DNA from: Squalus acanthias
Lineage: Eukaryota
NCBI GenBank assembly: GCA_030390025.1
Contig: CM059432.1
Span: forward strand, 9,610,001-9,674,000
Length of the DNA stretch: 64,000 nucleotides
Reading direction: 5' to 3'
In this document: piece by piece, positions 12,620-24,972 of the stretch
Position numbering within the stretch: position 1 is the stretch's first letter
Layout: the number at the start of each line of letters is the position of its first letter
Translations under genes and position numbers: made by a program
The notes under the pieces: generated by a model
The model's input: only the letters and a program-made list of their open reading frames with translations
What the model was told of the DNA's origin: nothing
Database searches by the model: none

Positions 12620-13625
12620 TCATTTTTTATGTGATGTTGGCGACGCTGGCAAGGCCAGCATTTATTGGCCATCCCTAATTGCCCTTGAGAAGGTGATGGT
12701 GAGCCGCCTTCTTGAACCGCTGCAGTCCGTGTGGTGAAGGTACTCCCACAGTGCTGTTAGGGAGGGAGTTCCAGGATTTTGACCCAGCGACGATGAAAGA
12801 TCAGCGATATATTTCCAAGTAAGGATGGTGTGTAACTTGGAGGGGAACTTGCAGATGGTGGTGTTCCTATGCGCCTGCTGCCCTTGTCCTTCTAGGTGGA
12901 AGAGGTTGCAGGTCTGGGAGGTGCTGCCGAAGAAGCCTTGGCGAGTTGCTGCAGTGCATCTTGTAGATGGTACACACTGCAGCCACGGTACGCCGGTGGT
13001 GGAGGGAGTGAATGTTTAAGGTGGTGGATGGGGTGCCAATCAAGCGGGCTGCTTTGTCCTGGATGGTGTTGGAGCTTCTTGAGTGTTGTTGGAGCTGCAC
13101 TCATCCAGGCAAGTGGAGAGTATTCCCTCACACTCCTTACTGTGCCTTGTAGATGGTGGAAAGGCTTTGGGGAGTCAGGATGTGAGACTCTCGCAACAGA
13201 ATAAATAGCCGCTGACCTGCTCTTGTAGCCACAGTATTTATGTGGCTGATCCAGTTAAGTTTTTCGTCAATGGTGACCCCCCAGGATGTTGATGGTGGGG
13301 GATTCGGCGATGGTAATGCTGTTGAATGTCAAGGGGCGGTGGTTAGACTCTCGCTTGTTGGAGAAAGTCATTGCCTGGCACTTGTGTGGCGCAAATGTTA
13401 CCTGCCACTTATCAGCCCAAACCTGAACATTGTCCAGGTCTTGTTGCATGCAGGCATGGACTGCTTCATTATCTGAGGAGTTGTGAATGGCACTGAACAC
13501 TGTGCAGTCATCAGCGAACATCCCGATTTCTGACCTTATGTTGGAGGGAAGGTCATTGATGAAGCAGCTGAAGATGATTGGGCCTAGGACACTGCCCTGA
13601 GGAGTGTTGAGCTTCTTGAGTGTTG
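12620..13625 (-). mobile_element. Second CR1-group LINE family (family B), 3' fragment
   Basis: MFADDCTVF RT motif, IQDKAARLIG, 3' end as at 59300-59400. Confidence 0.88.
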
Positions 13626-13767
13626 TTCCATATTCTCACCACTCTTTGGGTAAAGAAGGTTCTCCTGAATTCCTTATTGGATTTTTTGTGACTTTTGTGT
13701 TACCATGGCAAATAGTTAAAAAAAAGTATATTAAAATAACAAAATACAGAATAAGAATCTTTTTTAT

Positions 13768-14075
13768 TTGTTCATGGGATGTGGGTGTCGCTGGCAAGGC
13801 CAGCATTTATTGCCCATCCCTCATTGCCCTTGAGAAGGTGGTGGTGAGCCACCTTCTTGAACCGCTGCAGTCCGTGTGGTGAAGGTACTCCCACAGTGCT
13901 GTTAGGGAGGGAGTTCCAGATTTTGACCCAGCGACGATGAAGGATCGGCGATATACCTTGAAGTCAGGATGGTATGTGACTTGGAGGGGAACTTGCAGGT
14001 GGTGGTGTTCCCATGCGCCTGCTGCCCTTGTCCTTCTAGGTGGAAGAGGTCACGGGTTTGGGAGGTGCTGTCGAA
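13768..14075 (-). mobile_element. LINE family B 3' end
   Basis: Same 3' terminus as other family B copies. Confidence 0.85.
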
Positions 14076-14494
14076 TCTTCTGTTACCTTGGTAAGTAGTT
14101 AAGAGTCAAAGGGAAATCATCTCACGTTACCATGATAAATACATGCGTCAAGATAAATTCAGGAAATGTTTCCTAAGTTGGCAAAGTAAATAATGAATAA
14201 ACTAAAGTTTTATGGTAAGTACTTGAGAATCTAGGCAATCCAAGAATGATGGGATATGTGTACGACTCTTTTTTCCCCAGATACTGAGCTTTTGTTTATT
14301 TTCCAAGAAAATGTCAAGTTAGGAGCGGGAATCAATATTATATGTTACTGCTGCCAACGAGGACAGAAATTTTATATTACAAACTGTCAGTAATATCTTT
14401 TACACACTTTTGTCACTTTCTCTCATTTATTGGTGATGTAATTTTCAAAAATCTACTTTTCTACTTTTATCCGGTTATATATATGTTTTCTAGT

Positions 14495-15175
14495 TAAAAA
14501 AAGACTTGCATTTCTATCGCGCCTTTCACGACCTCAGGACATCCCAAAGCGCTTTACAGCCAATGAATTACATCGGATTCCATAGGATATACGGCACAGA
14601 AACAGGCCATTCGGCCCAACCAGTCCATGCCGGCGTTTATGCTCCACTCGAGCCTCCTCCCATCTTTTCTCATCTAAATCTATCAGCGTAACCCTCTATT
14701 CCCTTCTCCCTCATATGCTTGTCTAGCCTCCCCTTAAATGCATCTATACTGTTCGCTTCAGCCACTCCCTGTGGTAGCGAGTTCCACATTCTCACCACTC
14801 TCTGGGTAAAGAAGTTCCTTCTGAATTCCCTATTGGATTTCTTGGTGACTATCTTATATTGATGGCCTCTAGCTATGCTCTTCCCCACTTTTGAAGTGTA
14901 ATCACTGTTATAATGTAGGAAATGCAGCAGTCACTTTGAGGTCCCACAAACATTAATGTGACAATGACCAGATAATCTGATCTAGTGATAAATATTGGCC
15001 AGGACACCAGAGAGAACTTCCCTGCTCTTCTTCGAATAGTGCCACGGGATCTTTTACGTCCAACTGAGAGAGCAGACGGGGGCCTCGGTTTAACGTCTCA
15101 TTCGAAAGATGGCACCTCCGACAGTGCAGCACTCCCTCAGCACTGCACTGGGAGTGTCAGCCTAGATTGTGTGCT
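14495..15175 (-). mobile_element. Deu-domain SINE split by a CR1 3' fragment (about 14570-14888)
   Basis: SINE tail at 14495-14566 and SINE core at 14889-15175 flank a CR1 piece (ORF 14670-14888). Confidence 0.8.
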
Positions 15176-15209
15176 CGAGTGTGCACTGTGGGAGTACCTT
15201 TTTTAAAAT

Positions 15210-15642
15210 TCGTTTATGGGATGTGGGCGTCGCTGGCAAGGCCAGCATTTATTGCCCATCCCTAATTGCCCTTGAGGAGGTGCTGGTGAGCCGCCTTCTT
15301 GAACCGCTGCAGTCCGTGTGGTGAAGGTACGACCACAGTGCTGTTAGGGAGGGAGTTCCAGGATTTTGACCCAGCGACGATGAAGGAACGGCCGATGTAC
15401 TTCTAAGTCAGGATGGTGTGTGACTTGGAGGGGAACTTGGAGGTGGTGGTGTTCTCATGCGCCTGCTGCCCTTGTCCTTCCAGGTGGAAGAGGTCGCGGG
15501 TTCGGGAGGTGCTGCCGAAGACCGTCACCACACGGACTGCAGCGGTTCAAGAAGGCGGTTCACCACCACCTTCTCGAGGGCAGTTAGGGATGGGCAGTAA
15601 ATGCTGGCCTTGCCGGCGATGCCCAACATCCCCATGAACGAA
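15210..15642. mobile_element. Two LINE family B 3' ends in inverted orientation
   Basis: 15210-15520 on minus, about 15525-15642 on plus. Confidence 0.8.
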
Positions 15643-15969
15643 TAAAAGAAAAAAAGTCTCTGGAGTGGGGCTTGAAGCAACTCAGAGGCCAGAGTGCTAC
15701 CCACTGCGCCACAGCTGACACCTTGTGCTGGTTTAATGGTCGACGGGAGATGAGACAATTGGAACCCCTGCACAGCATAAGCAGCTGAAGGAAGTGCAGA
15801 GGGGTAAACTTCCCGAGACTCACTAAAATCGCAAGCTTTCAAGAAATCATACAGATTTGCAGGTATGTCAGCATTAAAAAGAGAAGCCCAGCCACAAATG
15901 ATTAGGAATGTTTCTAAAATCTGTGAATTTATCAGCAAAATCTGAAAACGAAGAAGTTTATATTTGTGA

Positions 15970-16610
15970 CACAACAACAACAACAACAACATGAACAATA
16001 TTCTCATTGATATAGCTCATTTAACGTAGTAAAACATGCCAAGGGCGCTTCACCAGAGCGTCCATCAAACAAAATTTGTCACCGAGCCACATAAGCAGAT
16101 ATTAGGACAGGTTTGGTCAAAGAGGTAGGCTTTAATGAGCGTCTTAAAAGAGGAGACAGAGGTAGAGAGGCGGAGAGGTTCAGGGAGGGAATTCCAGAGC
16201 TTAGGGCCCAGGCAGCTGAAGGCACGGCCGCCAATGGTGGAGCGATGAAAATCGTAAGATGCACAAGAGGCCAGAATTGGAGGAACTCGGAGATCATGGA
16301 GGGTTCTAGGGCTGGAGGAGGTTACAGAGATAGGGAGGGCTGAGGCCTTGGAGGGATCTGAAAAAACAAGGATGAGAGTTTTAAAATTGAGGTGTTGCTG
16401 GACCCGGGAGCCAGTGTAGGTCAGCGAGCACAGGGGATGATGGGTGAACGGGACTTGGTGCGAGTTAGGACACAGGGCAGCAGCGCTTTGGATGAGCTCA
16501 AGTTTACGGAGATGGGTGGAATGTGGGAGGCCGGCCAGGAGAGCGTTGGAATAGTCGAGTCTAGAGGTAACAAAGGCATGAGGTAACACGAGGGTTTCAG
16601 CAGCGGATGA
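15970..16610 (-). mobile_element. L2-clade LINE 3' fragment
   Basis: HAFVTSRLDYSNALLAGLP and GGRAFSCLGPKLWNSLP. Confidence 0.88.
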
Positions 16611-17359
16611 AGCACAAGGAAACCCAAGGGGCAGCCACGAGTCTGCAGACAAGTGAGGAATCGGCAAAGGCATCCTTCGCGCAGTCTGATGGCCGATTAG
16701 GTGGTGCCGTGGGAGGTGATTGCAAGGACAAGATAGTCCACTGCGCCCCATTCGCAGCACCATCGCCTTAGGTCAGCATTGAGCCTTGCCTGCAAGGAGG
16801 TGGAGCTGAGGTTCAGGCCACAGCTGACTATTATAGTCACTGGATACACCAGCCTATCGTTGCCCGGTAGCAAAGGGGGCAAAACCTTCATATTAAAGCT
16901 AGGCCATTCAGGGGTGATGTCAGGAAACACATCTTCACACAAAGGCTAGTGGAGATCTGGAACTCTCTTCCCCAGAAAGCTGCTGAGGCTGGGGGTCAAT
17001 TGAAAATTTCAAAACTGAGATTGATTTTTGTTCGGCAAGGTCAGGTTACACAACCAAGGCGGGAAGATGGAGTTAAGATAGAGATTAGCCACGATCTAAT
17101 TGAATGGCTCGAGGGGCGGCATGGCCTCCTACTGTTCCTATGTTCCTAACATAGTGACAGGGCAAGTACTTCAAGTCCCTCAATACTGCTCATTCAATTA
17201 TCGCATTCCTTCCTGGTCCGGTATCCTTATATATTATTTATAAAAATTAGCAGCCATGAATCCCTTTAGCAGCAAGGAACAAGTCTATTTCCTTTAGGAG
17301 ATGGAGCTGTGCTTCAGGCCACAGCTGACTATTATAGTCGCTGGATGCACCAGCCCATT

Positions 17360-18572
17360 GCTGGCTGCCAAAACCACTCGGCTCCAGACCTCATTACAGC
17401 CTTGGTCCAAACATGGACAAAAGAGCTGAATTCCAGAGGTGAGGTGAGAGCGACTGCCCTTGACATCAAGGCAGCATTTGACCGAGTGTGGCATCAAGAA
17501 GCCCGAGTAAAATTGAAGTCAATGGGAATCAGGGGGAAAACTCCCCACTGGCTGGAGTCTTACCGAGCACAAAGGAAGATGGTTGTGCTGGTTGGAGGTC
17601 AATCCTCTCAGCCCAAGGACATCACTGCAGGAGTTCCACAGGGCAGTGTCCTAGGCCCAACCATCTTCAGCTGCTTCATCAATGACCTTCCCTCCATCAT
17701 AAAGTCAGACATGAGGATGTTTGCTGATGACTGCACAGTGTTCAGTTCCATTCACAATTCCTCAGATAATGAAGCAGTCCATGCCCGCATGCAACAAGAC
17801 CTGGACGACGTTTAGGCTTGGGCTGATAAGTGGCAGTTAACATTCACTCCAACAAGCGAGAGTCTAACCACCGCCCCTTAACATTCAACAGCATTACCAT
17901 CGCCGAATCCCCCACCATCAACATCCTGGGGGTCACCATTGACGAAAAACTTAACTGGACCAGCCACATAAATACTGTGGCTACAAGGGCAGGTCAGAGG
18001 CTGGGTTTTCTCCTGACTCCCCAAAGCCTTTCCACCATCTACTAGGCACAAGTCAGGAGTGTGATGGAATAGTCTCCACTTGCCTGGATGAGTGCAGCTC
18101 CAAAAACACTCAAGAAGCTTGACACCATCCAAGACAAAGCAGCCCACTTGATTGGCACCCCATCCACCGCCTTAAACATTCACTCCCTCCACCACCGGCG
18201 TACCGTGGCTGCAGTGTGTACCATCTACAAGATGCACTGCAGCAACTCGCCAAGGCTTCTTCAGCAACACCTCCCAAACCTGCGACCTCTACCACCTAGA
18301 AGGACAAGGGCAGCAGGCGCAAGGGAACACCACCACCTCCAATTTCCCTCCAAGTCACACACCATCCTGACTTGGAAATATATCGCCATTCCTTCATCGT
18401 CGCTGGGTCAAAATCCTGGAACTCCCTCCCTAACAGCACTGTGGGAGCACCTTCACCACACGGACTGCAGCGGTTCAAGAAGGCGGCTCACCACCACCTT
18501 CTCAAGCGCAATGAGGGATGGGCAATAAATGCCGGCCTTGCCAGCGACTCCCACATCCCGAGAATGAATAAA
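17360..18572 (+). mobile_element. LINE family B, RT and 3' end (decayed)
   Basis: ALDIKAAFDRVWH, GVPQGSVLGP, MFADD; stops and frameshifts. Confidence 0.9.
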
Positions 18573-19157
18573 AAAATGTTTTTTAAATGGTGGATGAACA
18601 GACCGTGACTTTCCATCCATGGGATACGGTCCATGATTTCCTGAGGTTCACTTACCGCAAGGACTGCTTCCCAGTTCAGGTGAACATCCTGTCCTATCCC
18701 TAGAACGCCATTGAGTCCTTTGGATCTTATCCTTCCTGAATACCATTCTATCAGTACAGAATCCAGCGCTGACTCTCACAAATATCCCTGTGTAGAATCA
18801 AGAGTGGGAATATTGGGATAATTGAAGTTTCAGTGCAGCAGGAATCAGGCATCAAAGACGAGCAGAGTCTCAGCTTGGCACTGCTGAATCTCTGTCTGAA
18901 CCTATTAGATTTTTCATTAAAATTTACCCTGAGCCTGCTGATCTCTACTGGACTTCTTATATTTGCTGGGTAGCCTCAGCCTACTTTTAACCAATTTGGG
19001 TTTTTTTCCGCTGTATACAGAATTCCAGAACCAGGGATCAGATATACAAGATAAGGAAAGCTAAACTTCCGCGCCCAGAGCGTGCTGAGAATGTGGAACT
19101 CGCTATCACACGGAGTAGTTGAGGCGAATAGCGTAGATGCATTTAAGGGGCGGCTGG

Positions 19158-19299
19158 CGATGTTCCCTTTAAGCGGCGTGGCCGTACAGCGCACCAGGGC
19201 TCCCGCGCAGCTGGTGGGCCGGCTTTTAAATTTAAATTTTTAAATTGAAGAAACCTTTAATGCGACGCGCGACCCCAAAGAAACTTGCGGGGAACATTG
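19158..19299. mobile_element. Small hAT-type MITE inside a CR1 3' fragment
   Basis: TIR CGATGTTCCC / GGGAACATTG; imperfect 8-bp TSD GCGGCTGG (19150-57) / GCAGCTAG (19300-07). Confidence 0.65.
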
Positions 19300-19391
19300 G
19301 CAGCTAGATAAGTACAGGAGGGAGAAAGGAATAGAAGGATGTGCTGATAGGGTAGGAGGAGGCTCATGTGGAGCCTGAACACCGGCATGGA

Positions 19392-19830
19392 ATATAAGAA
19401 CATAAGAAACAGGAGCAGGAGTCAGCCATTTGGCCCCTTGAGCCTGCCCCGCCATTCAATATGATCATGGCTGATCTGATCTTGGCCTCAACGCCACTTT
19501 CCCGCTCTCTCCCCATAACCCTTGACTCCCCTATAGTTCAAAAATCTGTCTATCTCCGCCTTGAATATATTCAATGACCCAGCCTCCACAGCTCTCTGGG
19601 GTAGAGAATTCCAAAGATTCACGACCCTCTGAGATAAGAAATTCCTCCTCATCTCCGTTTTAAATGGGCGACCCCCTTATTCTGAAACTGCCCCCTAGTT
19701 CTAGATACCCCCACTAGGGGAAACATCCTCTCTGCATCCACCCTGTCAATCCCCCTCAGAATCTTATATGTTTCAATAAGATCACCTCTCATTCTTCTAA
19801 ACTCCAGTGAGTATCGGCCCAACCTGCATA
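19392..19830 (-). mobile_element. CR1 LINE 3' fragment
   Basis: Tail, 3' UTR and ORF2 end. Confidence 0.85.
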
Positions 19831-20084
19831 GACCCCCCCCACCACCCTCAGGGTGAGAAAGGTTCTCCTCAACTGCCCTCTAATCCTTCGACCAATTACT
19901 TTAAGTCTGTGTCCCCTGGTTATTGTCCTGGATGGTGTCGAGCTTCTTGAGTGTTATTGCAGCTGCACTCATCCAGGCAAGTGGGGAGTATTCCATCACC
20001 CTCCTGACTTGTGCCTTGTTTCCTGAGATGTTCTCCCGCTGAGCGACACTGCTTGCTGGCAATTCCTGGATCGTGGGATAAAGA

Positions 20085-20522
20085 AAGAAAAGAAAGACTT
20101 GCATTTATATAGCGCCTTTCATGACTTCCGGACGTCTCAAAGTGCTTTACAGCCAATGAAGTATTTTTTGAAGTGTAGTCACTGTTGTACTGTGGGAAAC
20201 GCGGCAGCCAATTTGCGCACAGCAAGCTCCCACAAACAGCAATGTGATAATGACCAGATAATCTGTTTTTAGTGATGTTGGTTGAGGGATAAATATTGGC
20301 CCCAGGACACCGGGGATAACTCCTCCTGCTCTTCCTCGAAATAGTGGCCGCGGGATCTTTTACATCCACCTGAGAGAGCAGACGGGGCCTCGGTTTAACG
20401 TCTCATCCAACAGACGGCGCCTCAGACAGTGCAGCACTCCCTCAGCACAGCAGTGGGAGTGTCAGCCTAGCTTTATGTGCTCAAGTCCCTGGAGTGGGAC
20501 TTAGACCCCCCCACAACCTTCT
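20085..20522 (-). mobile_element. Deu-domain SINE
   Basis: Core and tail match the other copies. Confidence 0.88.
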
Positions 20523-20847
20523 GAAAATGAACTAAAATGCAATTGAGTGTTTTCGATTTGTTTTACACGTGACTCGAGGTTCTTGGTTCGACGGGACAGC
20601 GGTTGCTATCTGGACGTCCAGTGCGTGGTAGAGGCAGCCTTGGTATTTAAATTCAGGCCAGGAAAGCAACGCGCGTCGGAGCTTTGGGTCAGGAATCTGG
20701 CTGCCAACAACGTTTCAAGAAATTGTTACTTTAAATGAAAAACAATATGCGAGTCTTACCTGCACACATTGGGAACTTGATCCGGTTATCTAAAAGGACC
20801 AGTCAGAAGCTAAAACAATCAGCGTACCAGACTAAATATAGGGGAAC

Positions 20848-20995
20848 AAAGGCAAAATTCTGCAGATGCTGGAGATCTGAAATATAAACAGCAAATGCTG
20901 TAAATACTCGGCAGGTCAGGCAGCGTTGGTGGAGAGAGAAACAGAGTTAACGTTTCAGGTCTATGACAAAAGGTCAACGACTTGAAACGTTAACT
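20848..20995 (-). mobile_element. Short Penelope-like terminal insertion (family 1) with inverted end
   Basis: Matches the 3' end of the Penelope at 34150-34245; 16-bp TSD CTAAATATAGGGGAAC at 20832-47 and 20996-21011. Confidence 0.8.
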
Positions 20996-21209
20996 CTAAA
21001 TATAGGGGAACCAGTAATTATCTGCAAAGGGAGAGAGGGAAACTGCACTCCCTTATAACATAAAATTACGTTGTGTTTACAGCACAGAAACAGGCCATTC
21101 AGCCCAACAGGTCCATGCCGGTGTTTATGCTCCTCACGAGCCTCCTCCCACCGTTCTCCATCTCACTCTATCAACATACCCTTCTATTGCTTTTCCCGCA
21201 TACTTATCC

Positions 21210-21525
21210 ATCTTTCGGATGAGACGTTAAACCGAGGGCCCCGTCTGCTCTCTCAAGTGGACGTAAAAGATCCCACGGCACTATTTCAAAGAAGAGCAGG
21301 GGAACTCTCCCAATATTTATCCCTCAATCAGCATCACTAAAAAAAAACAGATTATCTGGTCATTATCACATTGCTGTTGGTGGGAGCTTGCTGTGCGCAA
21401 ATTGGCTGCCGCGTTTCCCACATTACAACAGTGACTACACTTCAAAAAGTACTTCATTGGCTGTAAAGCGCTTTGGGACGTCCTGAGGTTGTGAAAGGCG
21501 CTATATAAATGTAAGTCTTTCTTTT
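21210..21525 (+). mobile_element. Deu-domain SINE, truncated, inside a CR1 3' fragment
   Basis: Core and tail match; CR1 3' UTR on both sides. Confidence 0.8.
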
Positions 21526-22335
21526 TCTTTTATCTAGCTTGCCCTTAAATGCATCTAATTCGCCTCAACCACTTCCTGCAGTAGCGAGTATGTGTGAGTC
21601 TTACATATAGGCTACCTGTTGGTCTTATTCTAATTGTGACGAGCATTTCACACACTCAGATTATAAATTAGGCTTCTTATGGCGTTCCTCAATAGAAGCA
21701 ACCGAGAATCTTAATCCGAATGAGAAATAAGCCCCTGATTTGCTGTGTTGCAGGTGCTGTATTATTTTTAGTGCATGATAGCAAACAGCGGTACTGCACA
21801 CACTGTGCACTCAGTGATATAATCAAAGCTAAAATCGAATGCATAATCATCAATACAATTCCTCCCCGCTGCAATCTTACGGAATGTTTTTAAAGGCTAC
21901 AGATGACCAGCTCTGTGAGAACTGTCAGATTTTTGCACTAAAATGAAAAAAGAATTCAAAAATGAGGGGGCAGTCCCAGGGTTTCAGTGCTGTCATGTGC
22001 TGACATATTACATTTGGGAAGTGTTGGTGATGCAAGTTCCACTCTGCCATTTCCCACACGGTGTATTACGAAGTATTTACAGCACAGAAACAGGCCATTC
22101 GGCCCAACTGGCCCATGCCGGTGTTTATGCTCCACACCAGCCTCCTCCCACCCTTCTTCATCTCACCCCATCAGCATATCTTTCTATTCCTTTCCCCCCT
22201 CATGTACTTATCCAGCTTCCCCTTAAATGCATCTGTGCTATTCGCCTCAACCACTCCATGTGGTAGCGCGTTGCACATTGTAAACACTCTCTGGGTAAAG
22301 AAGTTTCTCCTGAATTCCCTATCGGATTTATTAGT

Positions 22336-22638
22336 CATGATGCGGAGATGCCGGTGTTGGACTGGGGTGGACGAAAGTGAGAAGTCGCACAACACCAGGT
22401 TATAGTCCAACAGTTTTATTTGAAATCACAAGCTTTCGGAGCGCTGCTCCTTCGTCAGGTGAAGTGAAGGAATACGAATTGGCAAAGCATATATAGACAG
22501 AGAACAATGCATTGTTCTCTGTCTATATATGCTTTGCCAATTCGTATTCCTTCACTTCACCTGACGAAGGAGCAGCGCTCCGAAAGCTTGTGATTTCAAA
22601 TAAAACTGTTGGACTATAACCTGGTGTTGTGCGACTTC
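22336..22638 (-). mobile_element. Penelope-like terminal insertion (family 2) forming a perfect palindrome
   Basis: Arms 22379-22509 and 22510-22640 are exact reverse complements and match 41408-41538; TSD TCGGATTTATTAGT at 22322-35 and 22639-52. Confidence 0.85.
22557..22593 (+). ncRNA. Minimal hammerhead ribozyme motif (mirror copy on minus in the left arm)
   Basis: TCAC-CTGACGA-A-GGAGC-AGC-GCTCC-GAAA-GCT-T-GTGA. Confidence 0.65.
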
Positions 22639-23477
22639 TCGGATTTATTAGTGACTATCTTATATTTATGGCCCCTAGTTCTGGTCTCACCTGCAAGTGG
22701 AAACATCTCCTCTCCGTCTACCCTATCAAACCCTTTTATAATCTTAAAGACCTCTAGCAAGTCAACCCTCAGTCTTCTCTTTTCTAGAGAAATGTGCCCC
22801 AACCTGTTCAATCTTTCCTGATAGGTATAACCTCTCAGCTCTGGTACCATTCTAGTAAATCTTTTTTGCCAATGCCGCTATATCTTTTTTTATAATATGG
22901 AGACCAGAACCGTTCACAGTCCCCCAAGTGTGGTCTAACCAAAGGTCTATACACGTTTAACATAACTTCTCTGCTTTGCAGTTCTATCCCTCCAGACATA
23001 AACCCTCGTGCTTGGTTTGCAATTTAATGGCCTTATTAACCTGCGTCGCTACTTTTAATAATTTGTGTATCTGCACCCCCAGATCCCTCTGTTCCTTTAC
23101 CCCATTTAGACACTATCCAAGGAGTGTGTGGCCCCCTTCTTCTTCCTACCAAAATGTACCACCTCACACTTATCTATATTGAAGTTCATTTGCCAATTAC
23201 ACTCCCATTCTTCAAGTTTATTAATGTCTTCCTGTAGTTTGTCGCAGTCCTCCTCTGTATTAACTACACCTCCCAATTTGGTGTCAGCCGCAAATTTTGA
23301 AATTGTACTTCCTGTGTGTGATATTCGAGGTAAAGTCACACGGCCTAAAGTGGTGTAGAACAGAATGGACGCATTGCTTCCTGAGAAGTAGAAGGAATAA
23401 ACAAGGAGGGTGAGTCAATCACCTTTGTCCTGCATCATCTACTAGAACAGCAATAGAAGCCTGGAAGAGGTTTGTAG

Positions 23478-23925
23478 AATCATAGAATGATATAGCACGG
23501 AAGGAGGCCATTCGGCCCATCGTGCCTGTGCCGGCTCTTTGAAAGAGCTATCCAATTAGTCCCACTCCCCTACTATTTCCCCATAGCCCTGCAAATGTCC
23601 CCCCTTCAAATCTGTATTCAATTCCCTTTTGAAAGTTATTGAATCTGCTTCCACCACCCTTTCAGGCAGCGCATTCTAGATCAAAACAACTCACTGCCTA
23701 AAAAAAATTCTCCTCATGTCACCTCTGGTTCTTTTGCCAATTATCTTAAATCTGTGTCCTCTGGTTACCGACCCTCCTGCCACTGGAAACAGTTTCTCCT
23801 TATTTACTCTGTCAAAACCCTTCAGGATTGTGAACACCTCTATTAAATCTCCTCTTAACCTTCTCTGCTCTAAGGAGAACAACCCCAGATTCTCCAGATT
23901 ATCTCCAGATAACTGAAGTCCCTCA
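23478..23925 (-). mobile_element. CR1 LINE 3' fragment
   Basis: LGLFSLEQRRLRGDLIEVF..TRGHRFKII. Confidence 0.88.
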
Positions 23926-24139
23926 TCCATGGTTGCCTGCCTATCCTGGTCACAAAGCATTCCACACGGGAAGGACACAAAGAAACCATTCATGGGGAAG
24001 GGAGGGGCACAATATCAATGAAATATTATTTGTTCGTAAAATCAAGGTGAAATAATATTTAGTTATTGTTGTTACTTCTCCAATCCTACTATATTGTGTG
24101 ACATTTAAAATTGATGGGAAAAAAAAAGAAATCCCATCA

Positions 24140-24365
24140 CAGGACGCGGCGAGTTGTTGTGATCTGGAATGCGCTGCCTGAAAGGGCGGTGGAAGCAGAT
24201 TCAATAGTAATTTTCAAATGGGAATCGGATAAATACTTGAAAAGGAAACATTTGCAGGGCTATGGGGAAAGAGCAGGGGGGAGTGGGACTAATTGGATAG
24301 CTCGTTCAAAGAGCCGGCACAGGCACGATGGGCCGAATGGCCTCCTTCTGTGCGCCGTATCATTC
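24140..24365 (+). mobile_element. CR1 LINE 3' fragment
   Basis: RVVVIWNALPERAVEA plus 3' UTR. Confidence 0.82.
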
Positions 24366-24719
24366 AAAGGTTTGCAGTTTGCCAAGTGCGATAGGTTTAA
24401 AGATGCTTATCTGTTGCTGCTGCACTCCTTGCTTTTTCCTGGTCTGTGCATCCATCAGATCTGATACTTCTCAAAGAGGCAAGCAAACGAGGTTTCCTAA
24501 TTGCAGATTATTTATAGCGTGGAGCGTGGCAGCTGTTTGAGCAATTGATAACAGGCTGATTGATTTTAACCTCCTTCTTTGCCCCTAGCAAAAAGTTAAT
24601 TACAAAAACGTATGATTCTGTTGCCACTACCTGATCCAGAGCACTTTCAGCGACACAGACGGTACATCTGAGTTCTTCCGGTGGGGCCGATTTAACAGAA
24701 CCCAGTTCCAGCTAGGCCT

Positions 24720-24972
24720 TTCCTGACTTTAAGACGCTCCTTAAAACCTATCTCTTGGACCCTCCGCTCTGGAATTCCCTCCCTAAATCTCTCCGCCTCT
24801 CTAACCTCTCTCTCCTCCTTTTAAGACGTTCCTTACAATCTACCTCTTTGGCCGAGCTTTTGTCCTAATATCTCCTTATGTGGCTCTGTGTCAGATTGTG
24901 TTTGATAACCACTCCTGTGAAGCGCCCTGGGACTATGTTAAAGGCGCTATATGAATGCAAGTTGTTGCTGTT
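24720..24972 (+). mobile_element. L2 3' end
   Basis: CTCTGGAATTCCCTCCCTAAA..AAGGCGCTATATGAATGCAAGTTGTTG. Confidence 0.8.

Larger units (their letters stand above)
22075..23312 (-). mobile_element. CR1 LINE 3' fragment (RT end to tail), interrupted at 22336-22638
   Basis: SKFAADTKLGG..KCEVVHFG and TRGHKYKIV motifs. Confidence 0.88.

Noticed and set aside
15824..15941. Minus-strand segment with good AG/GT sites and one open frame (ILLINSQ..KACDF)
   Set aside because: No recognisable protein. Similar candidates near 4316-4402, 10.96-11.0 kb and 18.65-18.78 kb do not assemble into a known gene
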